From positions 17,367-81,366 of the forward strand of contig JAXMOL010000038.1 of NCBI GenBank assembly GCA_034669905.1: a stretch of 64,000 nucleotides of DNA, given 5' to 3'. This document shows positions 30,701-40,432 of this stretch, piece after piece. The translations under genes were made by a program, and so were the position numbers. Under the pieces are notes generated by a model. The model made no database searches. It was not told the origin of the DNA and was given only the letters and a program-made list of their open reading frames with translations. The DNA comes from Candidatus Hydrogenedentota bacterium. Its GTDB lineage: Bacteria; Hydrogenedentota; Hydrogenedentia; Hydrogenedentales; JAEUWI01. The first letter of the stretch is position 1. The number at the start of each line of letters is the position of its first letter.

Positions 30701-33700
30701 AACAGACGCAGTACGGACAGCGAGGTGCCGTCGGAATCGTTGTGCGGCACCGGCCACAGGTTGCTCAGACGAAGCTGGAGCACCCAGGCGCGGTCATTGT
30801 TGTCAATGAGGCCGTCGCCATCCATGTCATCGGGGGCACCGTCACCGTCCAGGTCAATGTATTCCGGAGCCGTTGCCCACTTGGCATTGCTCAGCGGAAC
30901 CACCCGATCCTGGTTCGAGAAGGTTTCACCCGATTCTGCGTAGCCGTTGAAGTCACCTTCATTCAGGAAGATACCCGATGTGAAGATGCCACCACCGTCT
31001 TCGCCTTCGCCGTCTTCCCAGAGGAGGACGCCGGAATCGAGGTCGATACCGGCTCCATCCAGGGGATAGAGGTCGCTCGGGTCAAAGTCCGGACCCCAGA
31101 AGGCCAGGTTGATCTCGGAGATATAGGTTTCGGCCGATTCATTCACGACCACATCACCGGTACCGACGGCATTGATGCCGAGGACGGGAACGTGGTTGTT
31201 GTTGATATCCGTACGCTGATGAAGCAGACGGGCACCCGCATTTTCCGCGCTCCAGTCGCTCAGGCGCGGGTACTGACCCGGCAGCAGCGCGAAGGACCAG
31301 GTGTCGAAGGTCGGCAGCGCAGGCTGGGCCGGCAACTGGGCAATCGCATTGGAGCGCAGGGCGTCGTCAGGACTTCCCGTACCGAAGGGTACGGTTTCCA
31401 GCGGGAACTGGAAGTCCAGGGCGTTGCCTTCGGTTTGGATAATCTCTTGTTCTCCAGCGATATTCAGCTGGATATTAAAGACCACATCAGTCGCATCGAC
31501 TTCCACACCATGGTGGTTGAGGAAGCGCACCTGCTGAATGCCGAAGGGATCCATCCAACGGTCGAAGAAGGTCTGATTCGTACCCTGGCTGGAGAAGCCG
31601 TAACAGATGCTGCTTCCAAACGGAATACCGAAGAAGAGGTCGGAGACCTTTCCGTACTCGGAGTTCGTTCCATAGGTCAGGTTCAGATCGTGGACTTCAA
31701 GTCCCACGCGCAAGGGCTTGGCGCTCTTGGCGTTCATGGTGCGTTCATTCCACCAGGGCTCATCCGAGCCCCAACGGGGATCATCCTGCCAGGTGGCAAA
31801 CTCGGTACCATTGTCCGAGAAGGACGGACCATAGGGCGGAATCATGCTGTTGACATAGATACCCCCTTCGAAGGACTCCGTCGCCAGGTCGAAACGGCGG
31901 GGCTCGATGAAGGCACGGAAGTCCGCACCCGGCTGAATGCCCTGGCCATCGGCGATACCCTGCGATACGTCCTTGAAGCCGCTGTCCGTACGGACCACGA
32001 CAAAGAAGTCGGGGCTGATGCTCGTGGTGACAAAGTCGTCGTCACCAACCACCCCGTCGGTGGCAAAGGTTTCGTCGGGCGTCGGTTCGAGCAGCCCTTC
32101 GAAGTCTTCCCCTTCCAGGCGGTTCAGGCCGAAGTTCAGACTGATCTTCCACCACGGATCACCACCTCCCGGCGGGAAGGCAATGTATTCCCACTGGAGA
32201 TCATGGTCGAACAGGGGCTCGAGCGGATAGTCGCCATTGAAGACCACCCCATTACCATCGGCATTGGGCGTGGGCGGATCAAAGACGCCGTTGTTGTTCT
32301 CGTCGGTCCAGACCCAGGCACCGTTGAAGGTGTAGTCGGGAGAGCGGGCGATGAGGTCCGAGTCCCCTTCGAGGATAACCCGGTTGGTCACAAAGCCGTT
32401 CATACCACTGCGGGGATCGAAACCACCGTTACCGGGCGTACCAAAGGGATCGCCACCCACATCCGTGAGGATGAGGTTCAACTGCTGAAGCGCTGGCGGT
32501 TCATCCTGGGCCCAGATACGGAGTCCATCCACTTGCGAATCGAAGAAGTCGAAGTGTTCGGTCGCCGTACCGTGCAGGTTGATGTTGATGACATTGACCC
32601 ACTCTTCCACCGCTATCAGGCGACGCATCTGAAGCGTTTCACCGCCGAGGATGCTCAGGAGTTTGGTGGGCGAATTCCAACGGGGGCGCGTGAACTCCGC
32701 CGTCGGCACATGGAAGAAGTACGGGTGATCCCAGGAATTGATGTTGGGGATCAGGTTCTCGCCATCATTTCCACCCCGGGCATCGAAGACGCCGAAGCTG
32801 GAGGAATAGCTCACCTCATCATCCAGAATCTCACCACCAGGGAAGTCGGGCGAGTAGCTGTCAAGCGGCGCGCCGTCATCCGCCGTCGGGAAGGTACCGT
32901 CGGCATCCGGAATAATCATCCGGGCACCCAGCATCGTGGTCGCCAGCGTGAGCTGGGAGCGCCAGGTGGCAGAGGTGCGCACGGCAATAATATAGGAGTT
33001 GCCGTCGATGGTGTTGTCACCGTCCGGACCCGCAGGCACAAGTACCTCGGGATCTTCCGGCGTACCTTCACCCACGAAGTTTACGGTGTAGGTCAGGTTA
33101 CCACCGGCGCCGTCCAGGGTGGCAATGCCACCGCCAACTGCATCCCAGGTGGCCAGCAGGAAGTCGTGACCGACGTCCAACTTGTTGTTGTCTTCTTCAT
33201 CACTCGAGTAGTTCTCGAAGAAGATACCAAACTCCAGGAGGTCCGACACTTCCGGGCCACCTGCGTTGATGTAGTTGAGATCCGCGGAGTCTTTCGGATT
33301 GCCGTGAATCTGGTAAACGAGGGTCTCCAGGATACGGGCAGCCGGTTCTTCCGGATTGGTCGCCATCACGATATTCAGCAGGGGCACCCAGTCATTCAGG
33401 GGCACCAACGCTTCGGTGTCGGCGATAAGATTCGTGGCCGTAAGGTCGACCGTGGGCTCATCGGTTTCACCTTCGCCCTCGCCTTCACCTTCGCCTTCCC
33501 CTTCTCCCTCGCCTTCGCCCTCACCTTCACCCGCGCAGCCGGCACCTGTACAGGGGCGAACCGTGATGTAGTCGGTGAGTTCAATGGTGCGAATAACCTC
33601 TTCTTCCGTCACACGGTTCTGGAAGGTCACCTGCAGGCTGACGGTAAAGAAGCCTTCCGTCAGATAGCGGTGCGAGGGGTTCTGCAGGTCCGATACGGTG

Positions 33701-36700
33701 CCGTCCCCGAAATTCCACGCATAGGCGATGGCATCATGGTCCGGTCCAGACGCGCTCAAGTCCGTGAACTGCACGGTCAGGCCGTCGGGCAAGGACCCTT
33801 CGGTATCCGGCGTAAGCGCACCGTCTGTAGGCGTACCCACGAAATCGGCGTACGGCAGTTCCACGATCTCGATGATGTCGACTTTGGTAACAGTGTCCTC
33901 TACTCCGTTGCCGTCGGTCACCGTAACGGAGACGTCATAGGTGCCTTCGTTATCGTAGACGTGGGTATATTCATAGCAGGTAACACCGGGATTCTCCGGG
34001 TCGGCGGGCAACGGGGTCGGGTCCAGATCGTCTTCGGTCTGGCCGTCGCCGAAGTTCCAGACGACACGGGTCACCGTACCGGTGGTGATCAGCTTGAAGG
34101 TCACCGGCTCGCCCACAGACTGCCGGTTGCGATCCAGCTCGAAGTCGATTTCGGGCGCGGCGGTGGCGGTGACCACACCGGTCCGTCCGGCGACATTCGG
34201 GTTGGTACGAATCCAGTGACGAACGTTCTTGTCGTCCTGGCTGTGATCCAGTTCCATGGTCGGAATGGAACGACGCTTGTCTTTGTCGTAGGTCCAGTAC
34301 CGTACTTCGGGCGCTTCCTTGAAGAAGGAAATGAATCCAAGGCCACGGGCACCCCACGGGTATTCGGAGAAGATGTCGAATTCATCCTCGCGCTGGCCCG
34401 TGTTACCGCCCAGATCCGGGGAGAAGTTATCCGGGTCGGGTTCGGACGGCGTATTCGGACCCCAGGACACGATGGCCGCAGAGAAGTCATCTCCCAGCGC
34501 CATGTTGCGGGAAGTTCGGACCACCACGAAGAAGTCCGATCCGAATTCGGGATCGTTGTTCGCCAGGCCGAAGGTCTGGGGAATAACCTGGCGCAAGCGG
34601 GGCTGACTACCATAGGGCACCGAGTCGCGACCGGTCGAATCATCCGTACCGGGGGAGGAGAAGACAAACTTCACCTGGCGTTCCGGCTCACCAATGGCGC
34701 CGATAAACTTGGGCTCATCATCGAGCGTAATCGGCAAATCGATGTATTCCATTTCACCCGTGGTCTCATTCAAGACCGGCGGATCAAACTTGCCGTTGGT
34801 GTTGTTCGGGTGCAGATCGTTATCCCGATAGAGGGATACGCCACTGAGAATGCCATTGGCCGGATCTTCGTGCTGCAGGGGCAAGAGGTCCCGCTGCATA
34901 TCGAAGTTGCCGTCCACCCCTTCGTCGTAAAATTCGACGATGACCTGTTCGAGGAAGATGGGATTGCGTACAACCTGCCAGGGGCTGCCGTCGGCCGGAG
35001 CACCGGCACGCAGTTGCAGCGTGGACCCGTTAACGCCCACGATCTCATAGGCCTCAATCCGGTCGGGGGCCGTAACACCATCGTTGTCGGCATCGGGATC
35101 TTCATACCGCGCGATGAGCCAGTCACCGATGTTGCTCGCATCCCAGGTGGCGCCGGTCGTGGTGAAGGAGGAGGCACCTGCCGTACCCGTCGTGCCTTCA
35201 CCCAGCAGGTTCGCACCGCGGTTGGCCGACGCGTCGATACCCAGCAGGGCTCCGGGAGGACTACCCGGCTCCACGGAAGTGGGGAAGCTACTGGCTACGG
35301 CGTCGCTATTGATATCTTCGCTGATGATGCGCGCAGGGACGTCGATGGCCAGCATGTCGTGGCCATAGAAGTCGCCCAGCGTACCTTCATCGGGGTTCAC
35401 TTTTTCAAAGACGTCGCCAACCGGATAGGTCCGGGGAGACACTTCGATACCCGCGATCTGTTCCGACGTGGGTGTCCGATTGGGCAGACGGGACGGGATA
35501 ACCATACGGAACTCTTCGAAAGATCCGATGGTTTCCGAGGTCCGAATGACGACAAAGAGGTCATCACCCTGGTTACCGCCGGCGGCCAGGGCTTTGGCGC
35601 TCTTGGCGACCAGTCCGTCGGTCGTTTCCGTACCCAAATCGATGAGGGTCGGGGTTGCGGTCCAGAAGCTCGGCCACTCGCCAACCGCCGCAGCCGATTT
35701 GGCGCCGGGGTTCGTGCCGTTTGAGCCACCGCTCCGGATATCGGACTGGGGCACATTCCACTGGTCGGCCAGTTCGAAGGTCAAGACCCAGGCGCGATCC
35801 GAAAGCCCATCAAATCGGGCCTGCTCTTCTGCGGTCAGCGTGGCCGCGAAGGCGTCGACTTCAGCCTGGTTGTACTGGTCGCCGGTAAATACGATGCCGT
35901 CGCCACTCAAATCGTCGGCGGCAAATTGGCCCGTATCCGGATCCAGACGTCCATAGAGATTGACCGGCTCGGATTCGGTGCGCCAGTTCAGGCTACCCGG
36001 TTCTACAGGCACAATACGGTCACGGAAGACCGGGGTAACCGTCGTGTCGTGAATGATGGGCCCTTCAAAGACGCCCGTGCCGTTTGTATCTTCGTAGATC
36101 AACACACCCGAAGAGAAGAGCTCACCGTCTTCATCCAGTTTCGCCAGGTCAGAGCGGGTAAATTCCGGACCCCAGAGGGCCACGGTAATGCTGTTAACCG
36201 AAATATTCGGATTGCTGTTGACCACCTGGTCATCGGCACCAATGAGGTTGATACCCAGCATGGCCGTGGGCTTGGACGCGAAGGCAGCATACTGCTTCAA
36301 CAGTCGGGCCGCACGACGTCCCTGCTCTTCCACCGGCACGTTCGCAGCCAGACCGGCGGGCCAGTTGCTTACGCGGGGATATTCGCCATTGACCATCGTG
36401 TCGCTCACGATCAGCCAGCGACCGCGCTGCACCCGCTGGTTCGGCACCACGCCTTCCGGGTGATTCGGCAGGTTCAACTCACCACCGGCGCTCAGGAAAC
36501 GATCGAGATAGAGGCGGTGACCATTGGCAATCGTCAGCGCATTACCCGTGTTGGACAGGATGCGGTTACGGGAACCGTTCTCGTCCACGAGCCACATACC
36601 GGCCACATCACCAATAGCACCATACTGCGCATCATTGGCTTCGAAGATGTACACGTCGTCCGAGTAGGTAAATTCGCTCTGCGACGTCGTCGGATGGTGG

Positions 36701-39700
36701 AATGACTCGTTGGCCATGGCCCCTTCGGACGCCAGGTAGACTTCACCGGAGTTACCGGCATTGATCAGGCCGTCCGTGAAGGCGGGCCAGGTATCGTAAC
36801 GCGGCAGCGTCGGCTGTTCCGGCGGATTCGGGAAGAAGACCGAGCGCGGATCGTTCAGCTGCGCATCGATAGCATCGGCGCTGAGCTTAAAGGGCACCGT
36901 CTCGAAGGAATACTGGATAGACGTCAGGTTATCGTCGGTCAGGACACCCTGTCCACCTTCGTTGTGTCCGCTGATGGTATAACCGTCCGTTTGATCCCGA
37001 ATACCACCTGGATTGTGGAAGTTGAAGAAGCGGGATTCCATGATGCCGCGGTTATAGAAACCACCGGCCTCAAAGAGATTGACAGCGTTGCCGTCATTCA
37101 TTTCCGCCAGCGCCGGGTCCAGCCAGAGACTGTCGATGGAGCGGTAAGAACTGGAGGACGCCGTAACGAACCAACTGAAGCCAAAGGTCTGGGGCGTCAG
37201 AGGCGTCGCTTCGAGACCCTTGGGACTCTGGCCCACGGTAATGAAGGTCTCTTTCCCGTAGAGGTTGTTGGTGGCGTAGGTCAGGACCAGATCGTGCACT
37301 TCGAAGCCAGAACGAATCGGCTTCACCGTGTTGCGGTTGGTGTAGCGCTCGGGCCACCACGGATCCGTCGGATAAGCCTCATCGATCGCCGGACAGGGGA
37401 ATTCTGTCGGCAGACAGATGTAGTCAAGGCGAATATCGTCCTGGGGACCCACGCCGGGATTCTCGACCACATTGCGGGGATTGATCACGCTGCCAGAGGC
37501 TCGGCCCTGCACGTTCAACTGGTTGTTGAACCAGATACCACCATCCCAATGACCGGGAAGGGAGGGCGCGCTGCTCGAGGAGCCGGGGCGACCGGGGTTC
37601 CACCGGCGTGGCTCCACAAAGGCCCGCATATCGGCACCCAGGGCCAGGCCCGTGCCATCGCCATTCAGGCCAGAGATATCACCGAAGCCACTATCAGCAC
37701 GCACCGTGACAAAATAGTCGGCGCGGGGACTGCGCGGGCCACCACCAAAGTTATAAGGATCGGGCACCAACTCCATGGCACCCGTGGGCGTATCGCCTGG
37801 ATTTCTACGCCGACCGCCATCGAAACGCATTTTGATTTTCCACCAGGGGTCACCACCACCGGGCGGGAAGGGAATATACTCCCACTCCAGAAGACCTGCT
37901 TCGACGAAATCTTCCCCATCCAACGAATCAAAGAACTCTGGATTCATGGGATAATCGCCGCCGCTGAAGCTTACACCGGGGCTGCCATTCTGGGGCACAT
38001 CAAAGAAGGAGCTGTTGTTCGTATCGTGATAGAGCCACGTTCCATTAAAGGCGTAGTTGGTACTGAAGGCTACGTTGGCGTTGTTTGGATGGCCTTCGTA
38101 GGTAAAGGTATCGAAGCCTTCCGTGGGATCAAGGCCACCGTTACCGGGAGGACCGAACGGATCGGCACCGATATCGGTGAAGATCATATTGACTTCATAA
38201 GGCTGTGCAGACGCATCTGCGCCGGCAGCTACACCAAAGAAGGCGCCGTGGGCATCGATGGACAGCACATCCACCCAGGTCTCAACCGCGAAGAGGTTGC
38301 GCAGACTGATAAACTCACCAGATACGGCGTTGATCAGGGTATCGCCCAGATCCCAACGGGGACGAATGTGCTCACCCAGGGGTGTGTACATCTCCACCGA
38401 ATGGTTCACCCGGTTGTAGTTGGCATCACCGGCACTTCCGCGGGGGAAGGTGCCCGGCTCCCAACCAGAGGGATCCCACACGGAGAAGCTGGAGGAGTAG
38501 CCCGTTTCGCCATTCAGCACTTCGCCCTCGAAGAAATTCGGGCTGTAGGAGTCCAGCAATTCGCCTTCAGGTGTAAAGGGAATGGGGCCCACTTCACGGC
38601 CTTCGTCGTAGGCCGTGTTCGTGGTATAGGGCTGCATGCGGGCGCCTGTAACAATAACGCCGAGGTGCTGGGAAGATTCCCACGTATTCGAGAGGCGCAC
38701 CATAACAAAGTAACCCGGGCCACCTTCGCCACGGGAAAGAATCCATTCATTAAAGGGAAACTTCGGGTTCCGCCCATCTACCAGGGTAAAATCCGAGAAG
38801 GGTTCGTTGGGATCAAAATTGGGGTCGTTGGGATCAAAGGTAAAGTTCAGATCGTAGACGCCGTCATTGATGTTGTAGATGCGGCCGTTGGGACCCGCAA
38901 TCTGAGTGCCCCCACTCGGGCCGCCCGCACGTTGGGGCATTTCATAGGGAAAACCGTGGGCGTCAAATGTTAACGAAGGCACGCTCGGATCATAGCGGGT
39001 GCCCGTGTCATAGCCATCCCAGACACCGTCTGGCCCATCCTCACCAAAGTCACGGATAATAGCGAATTCCAGGAAGTTATCTTCCCGCGGGGCCGCACCC
39101 TGGGCATAGCCCGGGTCACTGGGATGGTTGGCTCCCGTGATGCGGAATTGCAGATTCGTGAGGGTACGGGGCGCTACGTCATCGCCGTAGGACATGGTGA
39201 AGCTAAACAGGGGCACCCAGTCATTCAAGGGCACCAGTCCTGCCATGTTGGCCTGACCGATCATATCTTCCGCGGTGAAGTCGGCCGAAGGCGGCGTATC
39301 CCCACCCGAGGTAACCAGAAGCTGTCCCACCTGCTGAGGCGATGCCGGGCAAAAAGTCAGCGAACCATCGGGCTCCAGAAAGGCCAACTGCATCAGGACA
39401 TCGTAAACCCCTTCCGCCAACGGGTTGGGGTTGCCCAGATCGCCCGAGGTCACGATGGACCCATTGGTCGCCTCGACACCGCGCTGCTCATTGTAGAGCA
39501 CTTCAAACTCACCCATATCATCGGGTTCCGTCTGAATTACCCAACGAATCGCCACGGGCTCCTGCTGGCCATTGAGGTTGGACGTGTTGGTAATACGCGT
39601 GACGTGGGGCGCGGGACCAACGGGCATATCAATGGCCACGCTCAGATCGACGTTATTGCAGTTGACCTGCTTGTCGCTTCCTGTGGCCCCGAAGGAAGTG

Positions 39701-40062
39701 AACTCAGCCAGCGCCAAATCGGTCGCCGTGCTCGCAAGTTGGATCTCGGGCGTGTTCGAATCCACCATTTCCGTCGAGTCCACTTGCACGCTGATGTTCG
39801 GCACGCGTGCATCGCGGAGTTCTGGCTGAATGGGATGAATCGTCAGGACCGGGGCTTCCGCCGTGGCGTCTGCCACCGTCGCAGGTGGTGGCGTCACGTC
39901 TGAAACGACCACTGGAATCGCGGGTTGCGCGGTCTCCACAGGCGTCGAATCGGTCGTCGCTGCCGCTACGGCATGGGGTGCGTGGTTATTCCACGCCATG
40001 GCCCCAGATACAATAAGACCCACGAGGGTTAAGCCTGCCAAGGCGCCGTGCTTCTTGCTCAC
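27745..40062 (-). CDS. Giant (4105 aa) acidic cell-surface protein: two long homologous halves, two PKD domains, (GE)11 linker, two IPT/TIG-like domains, C-terminal sorting/TM anchor
   Basis: GTG start with GGAGGAG RBS; signal peptide; WNFGDG twice; C-terminus CSGEAGGGSMPMGDLVVLLLAVGGLLIGLKRKH. Confidence 0.88.
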   Translation of the reverse strand: MSKKHGALAGLTLVGLIVSGAMAWNNHAPHAVAAATTDSTPVETAQPAIPVVVSDVTPPPATVADATAEAPVLTIHPIQPELRDARVPNISVQVDSTEMVDSNTPEIQLASTATDLALAEFTSFGATGSDKQVNCNNVDLSVAIDMPVGPAPHVTRITNTSNLNGQQEPVAIRWVIQTEPDDMGEFEVLYNEQRGVEATNGSIVTSGDLGNPNPLAEGVYDVLMQLAFLEPDGSLTFCPASPQQVGQLLVTSGGDTPPSADFTAEDMIGQANMAGLVPLNDWVPLFSFTMSYGDDVAPRTLTNLQFRITGANHPSDPGYAQGAAPREDNFLEFAIIRDFGEDGPDGVWDGYDTGTRYDPSVPSLTFDAHGFPYEMPQRAGGPSGGTQIAGPNGRIYNINDGVYDLNFTFDPNDPNFDPNEPFSDFTLVDGRNPKFPFNEWILSRGEGGPGYFVMVRLSNTWESSQHLGVIVTGARMQPYTTNTAYDEGREVGPIPFTPEGELLDSYSPNFFEGEVLNGETGYSSSFSVWDPSGWEPGTFPRGSAGDANYNRVNHSVEMYTPLGEHIRPRWDLGDTLINAVSGEFISLRNLFAVETWVDVLSIDAHGAFFGVAAGADASAQPYEVNMIFTDIGADPFGPPGNGGLDPTEGFDTFTYEGHPNNANVAFSTNYAFNGTWLYHDTNNSSFFDVPQNGSPGVSFSGGDYPMNPEFFDSLDGEDFVEAGLLEWEYIPFPPGGGDPWWKIKMRFDGGRRRNPGDTPTGAMELVPDPYNFGGGPRSPRADYFVTVRADSGFGDISGLNGDGTGLALGADMRAFVEPRRWNPGRPGSSSSAPSLPGHWDGGIWFNNQLNVQGRASGSVINPRNVVENPGVGPQDDIRLDYICLPTEFPCPAIDEAYPTDPWWPERYTNRNTVKPIRSGFEVHDLVLTYATNNLYGKETFITVGQSPKGLEATPLTPQTFGFSWFVTASSSSYRSIDSLWLDPALAEMNDGNAVNLFEAGGFYNRGIMESRFFNFHNPGGIRDQTDGYTISGHNEGGQGVLTDDNLTSIQYSFETVPFKLSADAIDAQLNDPRSVFFPNPPEQPTLPRYDTWPAFTDGLINAGNSGEVYLASEGAMANESFHHPTTSQSEFTYSDDVYIFEANDAQYGAIGDVAGMWLVDENGSRNRILSNTGNALTIANGHRLYLDRFLSAGGELNLPNHPEGVVPNQRVQRGRWLIVSDTMVNGEYPRVSNWPAGLAANVPVEEQGRRAARLLKQYAAFASKPTAMLGINLIGADDQVVNSNPNISVNSITVALWGPEFTRSDLAKLDEDGELFSSGVLIYEDTNGTGVFEGPIIHDTTVTPVFRDRIVPVEPGSLNWRTESEPVNLYGRLDPDTGQFAADDLSGDGIVFTGDQYNQAEVDAFAATLTAEEQARFDGLSDRAWVLTFELADQWNVPQSDIRSGGSNGTNPGAKSAAAVGEWPSFWTATPTLIDLGTETTDGLVAKSAKALAAGGNQGDDLFVVIRTSETIGSFEEFRMVIPSRLPNRTPTSEQIAGIEVSPRTYPVGDVFEKVNPDEGTLGDFYGHDMLAIDVPARIISEDINSDAVASSFPTSVEPGSPPGALLGIDASANRGANLLGEGTTGTAGASSFTTTGATWDASNIGDWLIARYEDPDADNDGVTAPDRIEAYEIVGVNGSTLQLRAGAPADGSPWQVVRNPIFLEQVIVEFYDEGVDGNFDMQRDLLPLQHEDPANGILSGVSLYRDNDLHPNNTNGKFDPPVLNETTGEMEYIDLPITLDDEPKFIGAIGEPERQVKFVFSSPGTDDSTGRDSVPYGSQPRLRQVIPQTFGLANNDPEFGSDFFVVVRTSRNMALGDDFSAAIVSWGPNTPSEPDPDNFSPDLGGNTGQREDEFDIFSEYPWGARGLGFISFFKEAPEVRYWTYDKDKRRSIPTMELDHSQDDKNVRHWIRTNPNVAGRTGVVTATAAPEIDFELDRNRQSVGEPVTFKLITTGTVTRVVWNFGDGQTEDDLDPTPLPADPENPGVTCYEYTHVYDNEGTYDVSVTVTDGNGVEDTVTKVDIIEIVELPYADFVGTPTDGALTPDTEGSLPDGLTVQFTDLSASGPDHDAIAYAWNFGDGTVSDLQNPSHRYLTEGFFTVSLQVTFQNRVTEEEVIRTIELTDYITVRPCTGAGCAGEGEGEGEGEGEGEGEGEGEGETDEPTVDLTATNLIADTEALVPLNDWVPLLNIVMATNPEEPAARILETLVYQIHGNPKDSADLNYINAGGPEVSDLLEFGIFFENYSSDEEDNNKLDVGHDFLLATWDAVGGGIATLDGAGGNLTYTVNFVGEGTPEDPEVLVPAGPDGDNTIDGNSYIIAVRTSATWRSQLTLATTMLGARMIIPDADGTFPTADDGAPLDSYSPDFPGGEILDDEVSYSSSFGVFDARGGNDGENLIPNINSWDHPYFFHVPTAEFTRPRWNSPTKLLSILGGETLQMRRLIAVEEWVNVININLHGTATEHFDFFDSQVDGLRIWAQDEPPALQQLNLILTDVGGDPFGTPGNGGFDPRSGMNGFVTNRVILEGDSDLIARSPDYTFNGAWVWTDENNNGVFDPPTPNADGNGVVFNGDYPLEPLFDHDLQWEYIAFPPGGGDPWWKISLNFGLNRLEGEDFEGLLEPTPDETFATDGVVGDDDFVTTSISPDFFVVVRTDSGFKDVSQGIADGQGIQPGADFRAFIEPRRFDLATESFEGGIYVNSMIPPYGPSFSDNGTEFATWQDDPRWGSDEPWWNERTMNAKSAKPLRVGLEVHDLNLTYGTNSEYGKVSDLFFGIPFGSSICYGFSSQGTNQTFFDRWMDPFGIQQVRFLNHHGVEVDATDVVFNIQLNIAGEQEIIQTEGNALDFQFPLETVPFGTGSPDDALRSNAIAQLPAQPALPTFDTWSFALLPGQYPRLSDWSAENAGARLLHQRTDINNNHVPVLGINAVGTGDVVVNESAETYISEINLAFWGPDFDPSDLYPLDGAGIDLDSGVLLWEDGEGEDGGGIFTSGIFLNEGDFNGYAESGETFSNQDRVVPLSNAKWATAPEYIDLDGDGAPDDMDGDGLIDNNDRAWVLQLRLSNLWPVPHNDSDGTSLSVLRLFICEGQSNGGTGSGTGGGSTGGGGSSSTTSDDFLYIHHSMGSNWLTSGLSDALLEKEYIDERNDIRELTDVSADSNRPDSLAPTPGNFTDMRHWLLWFNDYYSGIEDHDTADGENRIIMFNSDAFSNILSGPGSTPGEPFSEEQTFENYKAVFQHPDGAGSGSIYTNGEGDVYEPLEAIFEANADTLFVVVTAPPLPPGQITDAEADLARQFSDWVATTWFPAYEARNPNHQNVIVFDLFDFLAEPASAGSGLRHRLKEEYIRSGSTIPNTDGLRAATEFFVTGTDTDSSVLDIAVEEFPGIDFTLASKKLLTASSAGQVGQKTLDLDSPQPGNDLFVTVKVSPNASAQEQIRVVVPASLPSRVEGQQDAGIRFVPTGLASAGALTKANPEESAVHSFYGHDVLTMNTPLIIQDLISQTATIDINGPAVAALGLDVSTNIADAVRAEGTSGQGTELTFTVAGAGWTADDFAGDWLVDSGYETYEITGNSATALTLLSGTPRDGAWKIVQNPTFLEQLVVEFYNEANAADFDIVTDLLPLKRDQRLSGVALYRDNDFHPENRNGHFDAGIDIPLQLDSAPRLSGVSGDAPQVKFVLSSPGTDFEGDDPATQPRYRQWVPESWEGANAGPDFFVVVRASEEMREGDNFRMGIVSWGPNTPTEPDPHTFINIDGPAREDYKKFQEFPWGNRGVGFITFYKDAPVRYFMDGDRPGAKTDSSGYNWVRTHSAQKKRSGLITGRDIPVGPTSVVIESASSTELPAQTLDTNPFSFVLFGRGFGTSPEVVLSGYDVTVTEATDTAISITISTTSGASPQLPIVLIVRNPSTGKEASRTNLFTLANSTGDVAPKITRVSPARAEKSDFPVSLIGENLPTAASAEVYFGETLVEVYEVEADASSGTKLMVKFPTGGFSQVGMLNVTVRNKNNGTQDLKINGFEYVSQADPPKYPASCSGEAGGGSMPMGDLVVLLLAVGGLLIGLKRKHAGTAH
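33466..33531 (-). repeat. (Gly-Glu)11 coding repeat
   Basis: 11 hexamer units with varied synonymous codons. Confidence 0.95.
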
Positions 40063-40083
40063 GTTAGAACTCTCCTCCGGCGG

Positions 40084-40125
40084 AAAAATAAGACATCCCT
40101 CTGCCGCGTGGTGCGACAGGGGTGT
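40084..40125 (-). terminator. Terminator-like hairpin in the 5' leader of the giant gene
   Basis: Minus strand ACACCCCTGTCGC-accac-GCGGCAGAGGGATGT followed by CTTATTTTT, just upstream of the RBS. Confidence 0.55.
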
Positions 40126-40314
40126 TACAGTGCTTGTTTATAAACGGTTTCACCTGCATTCTGCAACACTACGACGAAAACCTGGCCCGTCCATACGGAC
40201 AACGCTCCCAGCCGCTCCCGTTACCGCCCCCGGAGTCCAAAGACACCCCGACCGACAGCAACAATACTTCAAAGGTTGCAAAACCATAAAAATCCCCAAT
40301 TTGTTGTCCCGTTG

Positions 40315-40343
40315 TTTATAGCATAGCCCAGCGAACGTGTCAA
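40315..40343 (-). promoter_or_regulatory. sigma70 promoter for the giant-protein/protease unit
   Basis: Minus strand TTGACA-17 bp-TATAAA with extended -10 TG. Confidence 0.8.
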
Positions 40344-40432
40344 TAGTAAAACTTGACGCAATTCCCGATGCCATCGGAAGTTAGGGCCACTCCCGACCCC
40401 TCTTCCTCGCTAGAATTCTTGCTTTTTGTCAA

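Noticed and set aside
29938..35724. 1928-aa plus-strand ORF (and other long plus-strand ORFs over 1-45 kb)
   Set aside because: Antisense shadows of real minus-strand genes, expected from GC-rich codon bias; no recognisable motifs.
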